Shown: positions 52,559-62,930 of the stretch, piece after piece
Numbering within the stretch: the first letter of the stretch is position 1
Layout: every line of letters starts with the position of its first letter
DNA from: Podarcis filfolensis
Lineage: Eukaryota
Length of the DNA: 64,000 nt
Direction: 5' to 3' (one strand)
Assembly: GCA_964270895.1 (NCBI GenBank)
Contig: OZ185440.1
Program-made: the position numbers and the translations under genes
The notes under the pieces: generated by a model
The model's input: the letters and a program-made list of their open reading frames with translations, nothing else
Database searches by the model: none
What the model was told of the DNA's origin: nothing

Positions 52559-53100
52559 CCGTATTTTTCGCCCTATAAGACGCACTTTTTCCCCTCCAAA
52601 AATGAAGGGGAAATGTGTGTGCGTCCTATGGGGCGAATGCAGGCTTTTGCTGAAGCCTGGAGAGCCCCAGCGCCAGCCCCAGCCCCACAAGGTCGGGGGA
52701 CAGCGGGGAGGCAGAACGCCGCCATCCCGCTGTCTCCCGATGTGGTTTGGAGGCTGACGGCGGGGAGACGCGTGCTTCTCCTCGCCGCCAGCCCTGCAAG
52801 CTCCAGGGACAGCAGGGAGGCGCAGCGCGTCTTCCCGCCGTCCCCGGACCTGGTCTGCAGGCGGGCGGCGGGGAGAAGAACGCTTCTCCCCGCTGCCGGC
52901 CCCGCAAGCTCCGGGGACAGCTGGGAGGCGCAGCATGTCTTCCCGCTGTCCCGGGACCTGGTCTGAAGGCTGGCGGCGGGGAGAAGAGCGCCAGCCCCAC
53001 AAGCGCCTGGGGGGGAAATAATTTTTTTTCCCTTTATTTCCCCCCCAAAAAACTTGGTGCGTCCTATGGGCCGGTGCGTCCTATGGGGCGAAAAATATGG
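52559..53100. mobile_element. Tc2/pogo-like MITE, 542 bp, with an internal tandem array of about 108-bp GC-rich units
   Basis: 27-bp TIRs CCGTATTTTTCGCCCTATAAGACGCAC / GTGCGTCCTATGGGGCGAAAAATATGG (3 mismatches), TA TSD on both sides. gggacagc recurs at 52697, 52806 and 52914. Confidence 0.9.
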
Positions 53101-54293
53101 TATACATTCTCTCTCTCTCTCTCTCGTTATAGTCTGCCTCTCAAACCCATGCTCCATCTTTCCTTGTTAATGGGCACAATCAGAACTACAATTGTGCTTG
53201 GTCAATATGTAGTTCCTCAGATTGCTTACTTGGCAGGTGCCCAGGATCTAAGCAGGGAATGGAAGCTGAGGCTGGGGAAATCTATGGGCCTTGAGGGATT
53301 GGAGCTGACAGTGTTACTTCTTCTCCTCCAGTCAATTATTTTCCTCCAGCCCCTTCTAATACCCCATTTTTATAATAAATTATGGATTACTTACATAAAA
53401 GCTTTTTAGAAAAAAACAGTGCTGTTGTACCAGGATTTTATCGTATAAAATTCTAATCTGCCATAACTCCTGGGGCAAGCATCCCTCAGCAGGTTCTTTC
53501 TCTCTTCTTAGCAACGCAATGCATTTAGGGTTGGGGGAACCAACACACTTGAGGACAAAAACAACACCTAGAACCCATTGGTAGAGATGGTTACAGTGCT
53601 TTAACATTTGCAGCTGGATCTTAATCAAAACTAAATCATGCTGCAGTCTTATATACCAATACCTGTATGATCTATGAGGTGCATGGGTATCTTCAGGAAT
53701 TTTTCCAGGGGTGAGCAAAGTGAAAACCTGGGGGGGGGGTTCCCCAGGGATGCACAGGGTAGTTTTCATGGCCAGGAAGCTTCAGTCCCAGAAGCCAAAT
53801 GTGCCCCTTCAGGCCTCTACTTTTGCCTTTGGCTCCACTCACCATTGGCATTCAGGTCCCATAAACTTGCCCATACGAAAATGTGGCCCTCAGACCCTCA
53901 GACCCCCTTGGTTTAATCCTCTGACTTTTTCATTATTGCCTCTTCCTCATTTTGCTCGTCTCCTCTTTCCCCAATAACTCTACTCTGACTAACCTTGCAG
54001 ATCACCCCATGTAATTTCTCCATTTGCCCTTTGCCCATTCTAGTTTGAATATCATGAATACTGCTGTCTATTCCCCTCTTCACCTTTAAAGGTGTCTAGA
54101 GTAATGTTTTAACCTACTGCAGTCCTGATAAGCACCTAATAATTTTGTTCGGGACTATAAAATAGGTTTTGCCAAGTTCCCATTTGCTTCTTAATTCATT
54201 GGAACTGTGTTGAGTAGAACTTTCAGCTGAATTCCAGCTTTCTATTGCATACAGAAGCACTACATTTATGGAAGTGATTGAGATGCAATATCA

Positions 54294-54294
54294 G

Positions 54295-54329
<35 letters not shown>
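54294..54329. repeat. (GTT)12 microsatellite
   Basis: Direct reading. Confidence 0.97.
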
Positions 54330-54330
<1 letters not shown>

Positions 54331-55709
54331 TAAAAAAATCTGAACAGGCACTATTACTGAGAGGCCTGAATGCAACTAATGTTCCTAAAAAATGCTGAAC
54401 TCCCTCAGATAAAAGATGCAGCACCTTAAATTAGGCTGAAAAATCCTGACCTCTGCAAACCTTGTTTTCATCCCCCTCATCACATACATTGATGCTATAT
54501 GAATAATATCACTAGATCTCATTCAGATGCAACGTATGGTGCTGTGGACTGAAACAGCTCTCTGATTGTAATTAATCCCCAGAACAATTCCTTGCTCCCA
54601 ATAAATATTAGCAGACATCAGAGATAACTGAGGAGGAGAGATAACATGAATGTTGTGAAGGAGAGAACAGTAATGCTGGTAGGTTCTCCCCCATTTTAAT
54701 TTTGACCTTCCCTTGAAAAATAAAGTTTCCTTAGTCCCCCTTCCCTTTGGCCCCTATTTGCAGCCAGAGAATTACCAGAGCTTCTGCCTCTTTGAGTTAT
54801 TTTCTTCTCACTGATAAAACCTTAAATCTTTTTAAAAGACTGCTTGTTTTAATTGCAAAATTTCAATCAATCTACAACCCCCCCATCCTAAATAGCCCCA
54901 CATGCAGTAAATAATCTGTAGTGAGGCTTTCTGCAGTAAAGAAATAAATAATTCTGAATCTGCTGTATCCTACTTGATCTCCAAGCTTTAAATCACTGTG
55001 GTTTGCACTGAGCTCAGCCAAAATACTAAACACACTGGAGCATGACTATTACTTAGGGACTGCAAGTCTTTTTTTAAAGGTACAGCATCAGAGGCTGTCA
55101 ACCTTTCCCCCAGGGGAGCTCTATCATGATAGAGCCTGCTGGTTCTGTGCAAGCAAATTGGCTTCCATGCCACTTCATCTGCTCTTAACGTTAGGGGTGA
55201 AGAAAATGCTTTAGACATAAGAACAGGTGGGCTGTAGAGCAAATACCTCAGGGAAGTTGCAGAACAGCCTTCCCAAAAGGTCTCCAAGAAGAGAATGGAT
55301 GGCTGTTAATCAGGTATTGTACAGTATAAGGCTGGGATTCCTGATTTGGCAGGGGGTCAAACGGGATAAGTTATGGGAGCCCTTCCCTTGTTGTGATTGC
55401 ATGACAGCAATATCCAACATCCAACGAGAAGACTGAAAACCTTTCTACTTAATTCAGCCCAGGTCCTCGGACATCAGATTTCCTTACTCTTTTCCAGTAA
55501 ATCTGATCCATTTCAATTTGGCGTGCCAAGTAGCGTTTATAAGGTAATTCCTCTCGTTTCTTTGTGATGCATTGTACCAGGCAAGACATTTGAACATTGC
55601 CCTTGCTTTGCATGGAATGTTCGTATTTGTTTCTTCTGTGTTCAGAGGCCGCACCCAAACTGACATGTGCAATATGAGTTCTGCTTAAGGTAATATCAAA
55701 GTCCCGCAT

Positions 55710-55904
55710 CCTGCCAGTGCAAGGATTTCCACATGCGCATTAGGGCTCCCCCTCCCCCAATGCATGTGACCTGCATTCTCTCTATATCTGTTCTGGAGCA
55801 CTGGAGAAAACCCCATAATAGATTTAGGGGATGGATGGGGAGAGGAGACGGAATGGGGAGGGGGGGAGTCCCCTAGTGCAAGTGGAAATCCTTGCGCTGA
55901 CAGG
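55710..55904. mobile_element. Palindromic MITE-like element (195 bp)
   Basis: cctgccagtgcaaggatttccac / gtggaaatccttgcgctgacagg (21/23 complementary), with the similarity continuing inward. Confidence 0.7.
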
Positions 55905-58900
55905 AGGCTTACTTAACGCCTCACTGGATACGAGCTTAATTATGCCATTCCCATGATATCCGCTGCACGTGTTGGACCAGATTACCACTGACCAGGTTGT
56001 GGTAGGTAATTTTAGTCGCTTAGTGGACATGCTCATCTGAAAGTAAATCCTATTAAATTCAATGAGACGGTCTTCTAAACAGGTACAGTATGTATAGGAA
56101 TGTGCTGTAAAGGGATCCATTTCTAATTCAGCTTGTAGACAGGTAGTTGGAAAGCAGCCTGTGCCATCATCTTGACAGAACGTAATTTTTGAAGTACAAT
56201 TTATAACGCTTTAAAATACGTTGTGGGAACAGCTTATATTCTTTTAGAAAGAATCTGTATTAAATCACTGGGCAGTGAATTGTATCTCCTTTCACATAGA
56301 TATAGAGCTATTGATGCTGGCAGTGCTTTCTCTGAGGGGTACTCAAAGGTACACAGTACTGGCACCTTCATACCCCCCTCCCATGTTAAAAGTGTGTCAC
56401 TTCCTGTAACAACTTCATGGTGAGTGCTGGCACCTTTTTTCTAAAAAAGAAAAAGAGAGAAAGCACTTGATGTTGCTGGGTTTTCTCTGCTCGCTAATGT
56501 ATATGCTGAGAAGAAGTGGTGGATTGCACCACTGCAGACTACTGGTGCAGGACCACATGTTTGAGTTCAGCCCACTATTGAAAACAAACAAGCTATATCC
56601 GGACGCTTCTGTCGTTGTCCATATCAGTTGCAAATTTCCTTTCTTTAAAGGGTCATTGTGAAAATCCATTAGCATTTATGTAATGCATTGATGTTGTCTT
56701 CACAAATCTATGCCTTTTGATGCACACTTTACTCAAATAGACGCATTTTTGGTATACATTGTCTGGAGAACTGCATTGCAAAATTCAGAGAAGTGCAAAT
56801 AGCTGTCCTCCAGTTCACTTTTTGCTTCAGGCAGAGCAAATTACGGTAGGCAGGTTCACCTTCAAATGTGAACTTAACCAATTTTGTCCCCCATCCCTAC
56901 AAACAACTATCTGCAAAGAGAAAATTAGCACTACACAGAGAAGGCTAAGCTCATTCACAACATGCAGCTTTTCTACATGCAAGTATGTTGGGAGGTATTT
57001 ATATATACATTCTCATGATTCTTTTAAACATGCAACTCAGCTCAAAATCTCATATGGAGTGTCCAACCTGCAACCACTACAACAGACTTATGGTAACTGT
57101 TAATTACCATGTCTATTATTCTGTTTTTTAAAATCCATGTACATAGTAAACAAGCACATCAGGAAGTTGACTAGCTTGGACCATTCTCTTTGATATTCTA
57201 ATTTTCTACATGCATTCCCAAGTGTAGGTGACCATTAAAGGGGGGGGGGGGATTGCATTTTGAAGCTGACAAAATATTCAGCCAGATAGTGGGGAGAATT
57301 GTTTGGTTTGCTAGATGGGGTGTGTGAGAGGAGAGGATGATTTATAATGCTCATTTAGTGCAACTGTGATGAAAGAGACGTACATGACAGAGTTTCAACT
57401 CAGGAAAAGCTTCCATAGTCTTGAACATCAGTACCCACACACCTAAGGACCTATTTCTTAATGAAACTGACAAAAATATATTCCTAGGCCATAGTTACAT
57501 GAAAGAAAGGAAATTCTCTTCTTGATAAACGCCGCAATTTCTGTAATGGAAAACTGACTTTCTAGCAAAGTTGGCATACTCAGCAGAGCTGTATCCTGTT
57601 GTCGGCTTCTTACTCTGTATGCATCTCCCTCCCTCTTCCTCCTCTTTTTTCATAATTTAACTGCTTGCATAAAACAAAGAAGCACACAGGTCTGTCAAAT
57701 GATACCTCCAGTCTAGAAGGTCATAGTTCTTAATCCTCTTAGGGGGATAGACTTGGATGAGTTCCATAACTAATAACCCAGCCAATAGCATTTCAGGCTG
57801 ATGGAGGTGCTGTCCTCTAGAAGAGACATAAAAGTTAAGATCCAATCCGTTTGATGGAGACCCCCAAAGGACTTATCAAATATTGAACGGCGCTGCTAAC
57901 TGGCTTTGCCCTTGTCAAATCCTTATCGCAGCAGAAGCCTCACTCACTGTGGCATAGAAATGACACAACAGATCTTATTAAAATGAGATTGTGGCTTTGA
58001 AAGGAGTCTTATTATTTCCAATAATTGCCACTGCTTTGCAAAACGGGGGGGGGGGGGTGGAAAGTCAACCCACAATCTTGAAAGCAAAATGACCCCACAT
58101 TTTAAGAAGTAAAACAAGCGCAAGGATGGATCATAGTGCGACTGGTCTCTGCAGTGGCAACATTATTAAATGATCAGTGAGCTATTAAAGCTACAGTGCT
58201 TAGTATCTCCCCTAAAGACTCATAGCGCTAACAGGTTTCCAAATTGAGGTTTTTATTGCTGGAAGAAGGCTCTGTGTGCAGTTCTTGAAGCTGCGATTAC
58301 AGGGAATGGTTGTGAGCAGACTGACACTAAACAGGAGCAACAAATCTTCTTGAGTGAAAACTGGCAATGGATGACTCCCCAAAGTGTTTCAATATGACAG
58401 CAAAGAGGACTATAGAAGTGGAAAGGATACTGCATAATAAGAAACTGAAACTAATCAGAAATATGGTGTTTTACTTGGATTTAAATAAAGAGCAAGGTTT
58501 TACGCGCCTTTATCTGACCAGTTGGGATGGGTAAAAATGGGTAATTGATAGCGTTGCAGGAAATTTCACCCACCATTAACTTCAAATGGTATCCTTTCCT
58601 AGGGGGCTAAGGTTTCTTATATTCCTTCCAAAGGTATTGAAATGTAGCCACTAGCAGAGGAGAAACTGCTGCCACTTCTGTTTTTCCAAGAGCAGGTCTT
58701 TCACCATGTCATTTGGGCCAGAAAAGAGGAAGGAATACTAATCCAATAGCCATCACAAGGATGGTAATGACAGCAGGAACCAATGTTCTGGGGAACACCT
58801 CTGGAAAATTGAAATCCAGGGAAGCAGCCATTGTTAGTTCCACTGGGTCAAGTAAGTTTCCCCCCCCCCCTCTCTCCTGTGGCATAATTTTATAGATTGC

Positions 58901-59504
58901 AAATGCAGGATAGTGTAAGAGGAAAAACTGAAAATAAAAGTCACGCAAAAGAAAGAAAAAGGAACCAGTTGAAGACATTGCTGCGATTATAGTGGACAAA
59001 GAGTCCCTGTACAGTGGATTTTAAGAACCAGCCCGCCTTTTTCAGCACCCTTATTTCATTTGTTACCAGCTCAACTGATTAGAGGACAGAGACATGTGGA
59101 GCGCATCTGAAGTTGAGATAAGAGAATCATTACAATAGTAAAGGTGCAAAGCCTTTATCTCCTTTGCATGTGAGAGATGCAATTGTCTGCAAAAAGTGAC
59201 TGAGAAACATCCCAAGATCAAGCTTTTTCAGACTACCAATGCAGCTTTCTGCAGGAGATCTATGAAGTACTAAATACCTGGAGCCAATGATAGATGAAAC
59301 AATTGACATCTCATATGCACCTACATCAAATGTAGTTAAGCTGAAATCCGGAGAAAGAATAAATGAAACAGGTGCTGCACAGTGTATCTGCAGGACTTTA
59401 GAAAAGGTTTTGGTCACTGAGACTTGTGCTACATTAAGAAGCAGAGTAATAATAATAATAAATACCTTCTGAATGATATCATGAATGTTTTCTTTTGTTT
59501 TTAA

Positions 59505-59582
59505 AAACTTTCCCATCAGCCCCAGCAAGCATATTCAAGGATGATGGAAAATCTGGAGGGCCACAGGTTCTCTACCCCTGCC
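59505..59582. mobile_element. Partial MITE (family A)
   Basis: ttcccatcagccccagca...atctggagggccacaggttctctacccctg. Confidence 0.55.
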
Positions 59583-60733
59583 TAGATCTTGGGTTAGGTC
59601 CCTCATGACAAACAGTGGTTGGTTCTGAGCTGACATCAAACATTACTTGAAGTGATTAGTGTCCTTGTTTTAAATGAAAGCTCAGTTATTTCCAAAAGTG
59701 TGAAGTCTTGTTCTTACAGATTTCCATGATGTGATTCCCCCACCTACAGTCAGAAGTGGTACAATCCAGACTCAGGTTTACCCTCCTCATGAGAAATAGC
59801 TTGATTCAAGGTGAAACCCGGCACATTCGTGCTAATAAAAGTTGGTTCTGAATATATATATATATATAAATGTATTTCTACTACTTTGTCTCCCTTTGCC
59901 CCAGTTGAATAATAATCCTGCATGGGCTTCAGGGTCATTTCTACAATTAGACTGTAGCTCATTTACAAACCTCTTGGATTAGTTTCTCTGTATAATACTT
60001 CCAGCTTTCAGCCACAGAGCTAAGACTTTACATGATTTCACATTAGTCATCTTCTCCATTTGAAGAAAAAATAATGAGCAGAGATATTTCCCCCCACAGA
60101 GTGTGAACTCTGCATCTTAAATTCATTTGTTTTGATATCCCTAATGTGAGTAGGCGGGTAATAACAAATGCTTCATTTAGAAGTTGGCATCTTTACATAA
60201 GATGCCTGGAAACCCTGAAATGTTATACTTCTGGAATTTCCCACTACTGGAAATTGCATCAGGTAATTACTGATAACTGCATTTGTACAAGACACAAATA
60301 GATTTAAGTTTCAGAATGGACGAAAAGCTAATAATATAATGTATGTGTGCATAAAATGGAAGTGCATACAAAATCATGGACAATCATTGGTGTTTGCTGA
60401 AGGGACAGGGTGCTTGGTTCAGTAGGTTATGTAAAGGTGATACATAATCAAGCTGTACATAACATTCCCTTTCAGGAGTTGAGAATCCTCTTTAGAGTAG
60501 CCAAGTCACATGAGTGTGCGTGAGGTAATTCAAGTGGGAGCATACGTTACAATTTTAGCAACATATTATTGTTTGGTTTGAACAAAAGTGATACCCAGTT
60601 ATGACACTTGTAAATCTGTTAATAAATATTAAGGTCAGATCTATTGGAGTATTAAACTCAAATTTGCTTATGCATCGTATCTCTGTAATTTACCTTTGCA
60701 GCTGGTTTGGATTTTAAAAACCCCTTTTAAGCA

Positions 60734-60744
60734 TTCTCCTTAAT
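60734..60744 (+). promoter_or_regulatory. U12-type branch site
   Basis: TTCTCCTTAAT versus consensus TTCCTTAAC/T; the presumptive branch A60743 is 14 nt from the intron end. Confidence 0.85.
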
Positions 60745-60757
60745 TAGACACTCACAG

Positions 60758-60854
60758 ATATGAAACTAGGAAGGAATGTGGCCAGAACCTTTTTGGATTA
60801 CTACAGGCTAAACAGCATCACAGAGAGACCATTGGCACCAATCTCAAGTACATG
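60758..60854 (+). CDS. AGBL4: AGBL4 internal coding exon, 97 nt, phase 1 to phase 2
   Basis: (T)AT ATG AAA CTA GGA AGG... = YMKLGRNVARTFLDYYRLNSITERPLAPISST+TG, matching the AGBL4 YMKLGRNVARTFLDYYRLN segment. U2 donor G|GTAGGT at 60855. Confidence 0.96.
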
Positions 60855-61416
60855 GTAGGTTTCAAAATGCATCTGGCTGCTTTTTTGAAAATGAATTCTT
60901 TACCTTTTTTAATGTAATTACAGTAAACTTGGTCAGTTGTGTACCTAGCAAAGCCATCCTGATTTAGCATGAAATCTCCAGAATGTGGTATCTATGTTCC
61001 TGAATGGCAGTGATACAGTGGTGTGTATGTGATGGAATCATTGATGAGCTTGCTTTCCACAATTTTTTAAAAAAATCTTGCTAGTATTATTAAAAACTCA
61101 GTTTGACTCCCTGGGTAACAGCTTCTTCAGGAAGAGCTCCTTAAAAACCTCCAGGGATACATGCACCTGCCTCCCTAATAACAAATTACTTTCCTAAACT
61201 TTTTGAGTTCAGTAAAAGGTAAAGGGACCCCTGACCATTAGGTCCAGTTGCGGACGACTCTGGAGTTGCGGCACTCATCTCGCTTTATTGGCCGAGGGAG
61301 CCGGTGTACAGCTTCCAGGTCATGTGGCCAGCATGACTAAGCCACTTCTGGAGAACCAGAACAGCACACGGAAACACTGTTTACCTTCCTGCCGGAGCGG
61401 TACCTATTTATCTACT

Positions 61417-61871
61417 CAGTGGCGTAGCGTGGGGGGTGCAGGGGGGGCCGGCCGTACCGGGCGCAACATCTGGGGGGGGCGCGCTCGCACTCGCATCTCT
61501 CTGCCCCTACCTGGCTCACTCACTCACTCTCACTGCAGTGCTGGCTGTGCGAATCCGATCCGAGCTGCCGGGTCGCCGCCCACTGTGGAGGGGGTGGGTG
61601 CCAGGCGTGCGGTGTGGAGAGAGAGCGAGGGACTATCTGGGGGAGGGACAGTGCAGCGGCCGCCCAGCGCAGCGCTGAGCGCGGGAGAGAACCACACCAG
61701 ACCAGGCAGCAGCAAGAAGAAGCTGGCAGCGGCGGCAGGTTAGGGGTTAGGGGGCGCAAATTACTTGCCTTGCCCCGGATTAGGGGGCGCAAATTACTTG
61801 CCTTGCCCCGGGTTAGGGGGCGCAAATTACTTGCCTTGCCCTGGGTGCTGACAACCCACGCTACGCCGCTG
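61417..61871. mobile_element. hAT-superfamily MITE, 455 bp
   Basis: 17-bp TIRs CAGTGGCGTAGCGTGGG / CCCACGCTACGCCGCTG (1 mismatch); exact 8-bp TSD TATCTACT at 61409-61416 and 61872-61879. Confidence 0.93.
61747..61845. repeat. Three 33-bp subterminal tandem repeats within the hAT MITE
   Basis: TTAGGGGGCGCAAATTACTTGCCTTGCCCCGG(A/G) starting at 61747, 61780 and 61813. Confidence 0.95.
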
Positions 61872-62344
61872 TATCTACTTGCATTTTGACGTGCTTTCGA
61901 ACTGCTAGGTTGGCAGGAGCTGGGACCGAGCAACGGGAGCTCACCCCGTCGCAGGGATTCGAACCATCGACCTTCTGATCAGCAAGCCCTAGTATGTGTA
62001 TTAAAATGACATAACTGAGAGGGTGAAGGCTATGCTCTCACACAAGCACTAATGATTTAAAAGCATTATTGGGAAGTGGTAGGCCAGGGGTGGGCAATCA
62101 GTAGAGCCACATGTGGAACTCAGCCAGCTTGGTCCTTTTTCATGCATGGTCAGGGATGATGTTCTCTAGCAACGTATGGAGTGCCACAAGTTCTCCACCC
62201 CTGAAGGCATGTAGACAAATAAGAATGAAGGTATCTCACTTGAAATAAGTAGATCTGGATCTGGAAACCCCACCTACACCACCATGAGCTCAATGATGGA
62301 AGAAATGCAAAATATAAACATACATTATTTATATAAATATAAAT

Positions 62345-62930
62345 AATAAGTGTTTCTTTGCTACTACAATTTAGACCCTGCTTTTCTGTAAGCTGATATC
62401 TGAGGAAGTTTGCCATAAAAAGACTCTACTCCTGCAAAGAGGGGAGGGGTTGTGGGCAGGAGCCGATCTCCGCCTCAAGCAGGGGGCGTTAGCCCCCTGC
62501 CACCCACTCACCTGGCTGGCGCACCAAGCCCACGGGCAAGCGCCCAACCAGGTGGCTTGGAAGGGGCGTGGACGGCAGCTTAACTTGCTGCTGCACCAGC
62601 CACGCGGCCTCGCTTGCCATAAAACTATAAAACAGTACAAAAACATATCTTCCAAGAAAAAGCTGCAACAGACAGAAACAGTGACATAAGGTCACAATTG
62701 CTTACAGATTTGCTGGAATGATGTAAGCTTGACTGCCTACCTAAAAGAGGGCTGTGATGGGGCAGGAATACCATTCTTGGGGCACTGTTCCACAGTCTAG
62801 GCACCATATAAAAAGATCTTGTCTCTTGTGCACCCTCACCACACCTCTGAAGACAGCAGGTCACACAGAAGGGGCTCTACCATTGAGAGGGATTCACAGA
62901 CAAACTCATATGGAATGAGGTGATTATTGA
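62345..62930 (-). mobile_element. L2 LINE 3' end, interrupted by a 193-bp insertion
   Basis: Minus translation RSFYMVPRLWNSAPR is a decayed RAFSVVAPRLWNSLPR L2 motif, followed by an AT-rich tail. Confidence 0.65.
62421..62613. mobile_element. Unclassified GC-rich insertion with an 11-bp TSD
   Basis: TTGCCATAAAA at 62410-62420 and 62614-62624 flanks a CpG-rich 193-bp segment. Confidence 0.7.

Larger units (their letters stand above)
9846..60757 (+). other. AGBL4: AGBL4 intron, U12-type (minor spliceosome) GT-AG subtype, 50,912 nt
   Basis: 5' end T|GTATCCTTT; branch site TTCTCCTTAAT at 60734-60744; 3' end CAG|AT with no pyrimidine tract. Joining gives T+AT = Tyr and restores PYTEETYMKLGRN. 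Confidence 0.9.
61214..61992 (-). mobile_element. Sauria SINE (slightly 5'-truncated), interrupted by a hAT MITE
   Basis: aaaggtaaagggacccctgaccattaggtccag... tail on the left, B box GGTTCGAATCC on the minus strand at 61955-61965. The two halves rejoin seamlessly (gtacctatttatctact|tgcattttgacgtgc). Confidence 0.93.

Noticed and set aside
52415-53409. Multiple overlapping 117-220 aa ORFs
   Set aside because: Artefacts of the GC-rich tandem array in the Tc2-like MITE.
9846-60757. Nested BEND5 gene, known from an AGBL4 intron in mammals
   Set aside because: No BEND5-like translation was seen on either strand in this intron.
61747-61845. 33-bp repeats as a CRISPR-like array, or TTAGGG-like telomeric sequence
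   Set aside because: The repeats are head-to-tail with no spacers, in vertebrate DNA and inside a MITE; the motif is TTAGGGGG within a longer unit, not a telomeric array.
61288-61933. 151-aa and 137-aa ORFs
   Set aside because: Translations of the Sauria SINE and the nested hAT MITE.
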